Shown piece after piece: positions 63,017 to 64,000 of a stretch of 64,000 nt of DNA. This DNA comes from Mobula hypostoma (taxonomy: Eukaryota). The stretch is from the NCBI RefSeq assembly GCF_963921235.1, contig NC_086097.1, positions 250,668,001-250,732,000 of the forward strand, in the 5' to 3' direction. The notes beneath the pieces are model-generated. The model was not told where the DNA came from and ran no database searches. It saw nothing but the letters and a program-made list of their open reading frames with translations. A program made the translations under genes and the position numbers. Numbering within the stretch: position 1 is the first letter of the stretch; the number at the start of each line of letters is the position of its first letter.

Positions 63017-63748
63017 AGCATTGGAAAGGGTACAGAGGAGATTTACCAGGATGCTGCCTGGTTTAGAAAGTATGCATTATGATCAGAGATTAAGGGAGCT
63101 AGGGCTTTACTCTTTGGAGAGAAGGATGATGAGAGGAGACGTGATAGAGGTATACAAGATATTGAGAGGAATAGATAGAGTGGATAGCCAGCGCCTCTTC
63201 CCCAGGGCACCACTGCTCAATACATAGAAACATAGAAACATAGAAAATAGGTGCAGGAGTAGGCCATTCGGCCCTTCGAGCCTGAACCGCCATTTATTAT
63301 GATCATGGCTGATCATCCAACTCAAAACCCCGCCCCAGCCTTCCCTCCATACCCCCGATCCCTTTAGCCACAAGGGCCATATCTAACTCCCTCTTAAATA
63401 TAGCCAATGAACTGGCCTCAACTGTTTCCTGTGGCACAGAATTCCACAGATTCACCACTCTCTGTGTGAAGAATACAAGAGGACTTGGCTTTAAGGTAAG
63501 GGGTGGGAAGTTCAAGGGGGATATCAGAGGAAGGTTTTTTACTCAGAGAGTGGTTGGTGCGTGGAATGCACTGCCTGAGTCAGTGGTGGAGGAAGATACA
63601 CTAGTGAAGTTTAAGAGACTACTAGACAGGTATATGGAGGAATTTAAGGTGGAGGCTTATATGGGAGGCAGGGTTTGAGGGTCGGCACAACATTGTGGGC
63701 CGAAGTGCCTGTACTGTGCTGTACTATTCTATGTTCTATGTTCTATGT
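63017..63748 (+). mobile_element. young CR1 3' part interrupted by an antisense CR1 3' end (63225-63471)
   Basis: ORFs 62979..63227 and 63466..63678 join at LLN|TRG; AATACA duplicated at 63219-63224 / 63472-63477. Confidence 0.88.
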
Positions 63749-64000
63749 TAAAAATATTGAGTAAGATTGAGAAAATTGAAGTTCAGAACGAAATGTCAAG
63801 AACTATAAAAGGTCTTCCACAAAGTGATTGGAGGAAGGTATAGGGAGGATGTCAGAGGTAGGATTTTTACACAGAGACTGGTCAGCATGAGAAACGTGCT
63901 GCCGGGGGTGGTGGTAGAGGCAGATACATTGAGAACATCTAAGAAACTTTTAGATAGGCACATGGATCATAGAAAAATGGAGGGCTTTGAGGAAGGGAAG

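Noticed and set aside
1..64000. CRISPR arrays, prokaryotic operons or retron-type RT systems
   Set aside because: Eukaryotic intron-exon DNA; all RTs are LINE or Gypsy type and there is no regular repeat-spacer array.
60608..64000. cdh17 signal-peptide / first EC1 exons or promoter
   Set aside because: No convincing exon found by eye; the region is repeat-derived, so these exons probably lie beyond the window.

Overview
Vertebrate genomic DNA, most likely from a cartilaginous fish such as a ray or shark. That assignment is inferred from the CR1-dominated repeat content, HE1-like V-SINEs and the protein divergence. The window lies inside one minus-strand gene, cadherin-17 (LI-cadherin). Ten internal coding exons (1661 nt) were found by hand between 60607 and 3171, all with GT-AG boundaries and consistent phase; the start and end of the gene lie outside the window. 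The introns are almost entirely transposon-derived and often nested. They contain many CR1 and Rex/Babar LINE pieces, V-SINEs, three solo LTRs, several MITEs, a full-length but disabled CsRn1-clade Ty3/Gypsy provirus (28240-32617), a 5'-inverted L1 and a Tc1 element rebuilt into a ~1.46 kb fold-back. The most unusual signal is a Penelope-like (GIY-YIG) family whose 3' end carries a minimal hammerhead ribozyme. It has inserted at least three times as 200-280 bp palindromes folded at the ribozyme, each with its own 12-13 bp target-site duplication. All calls are by eye; no database searches were run.
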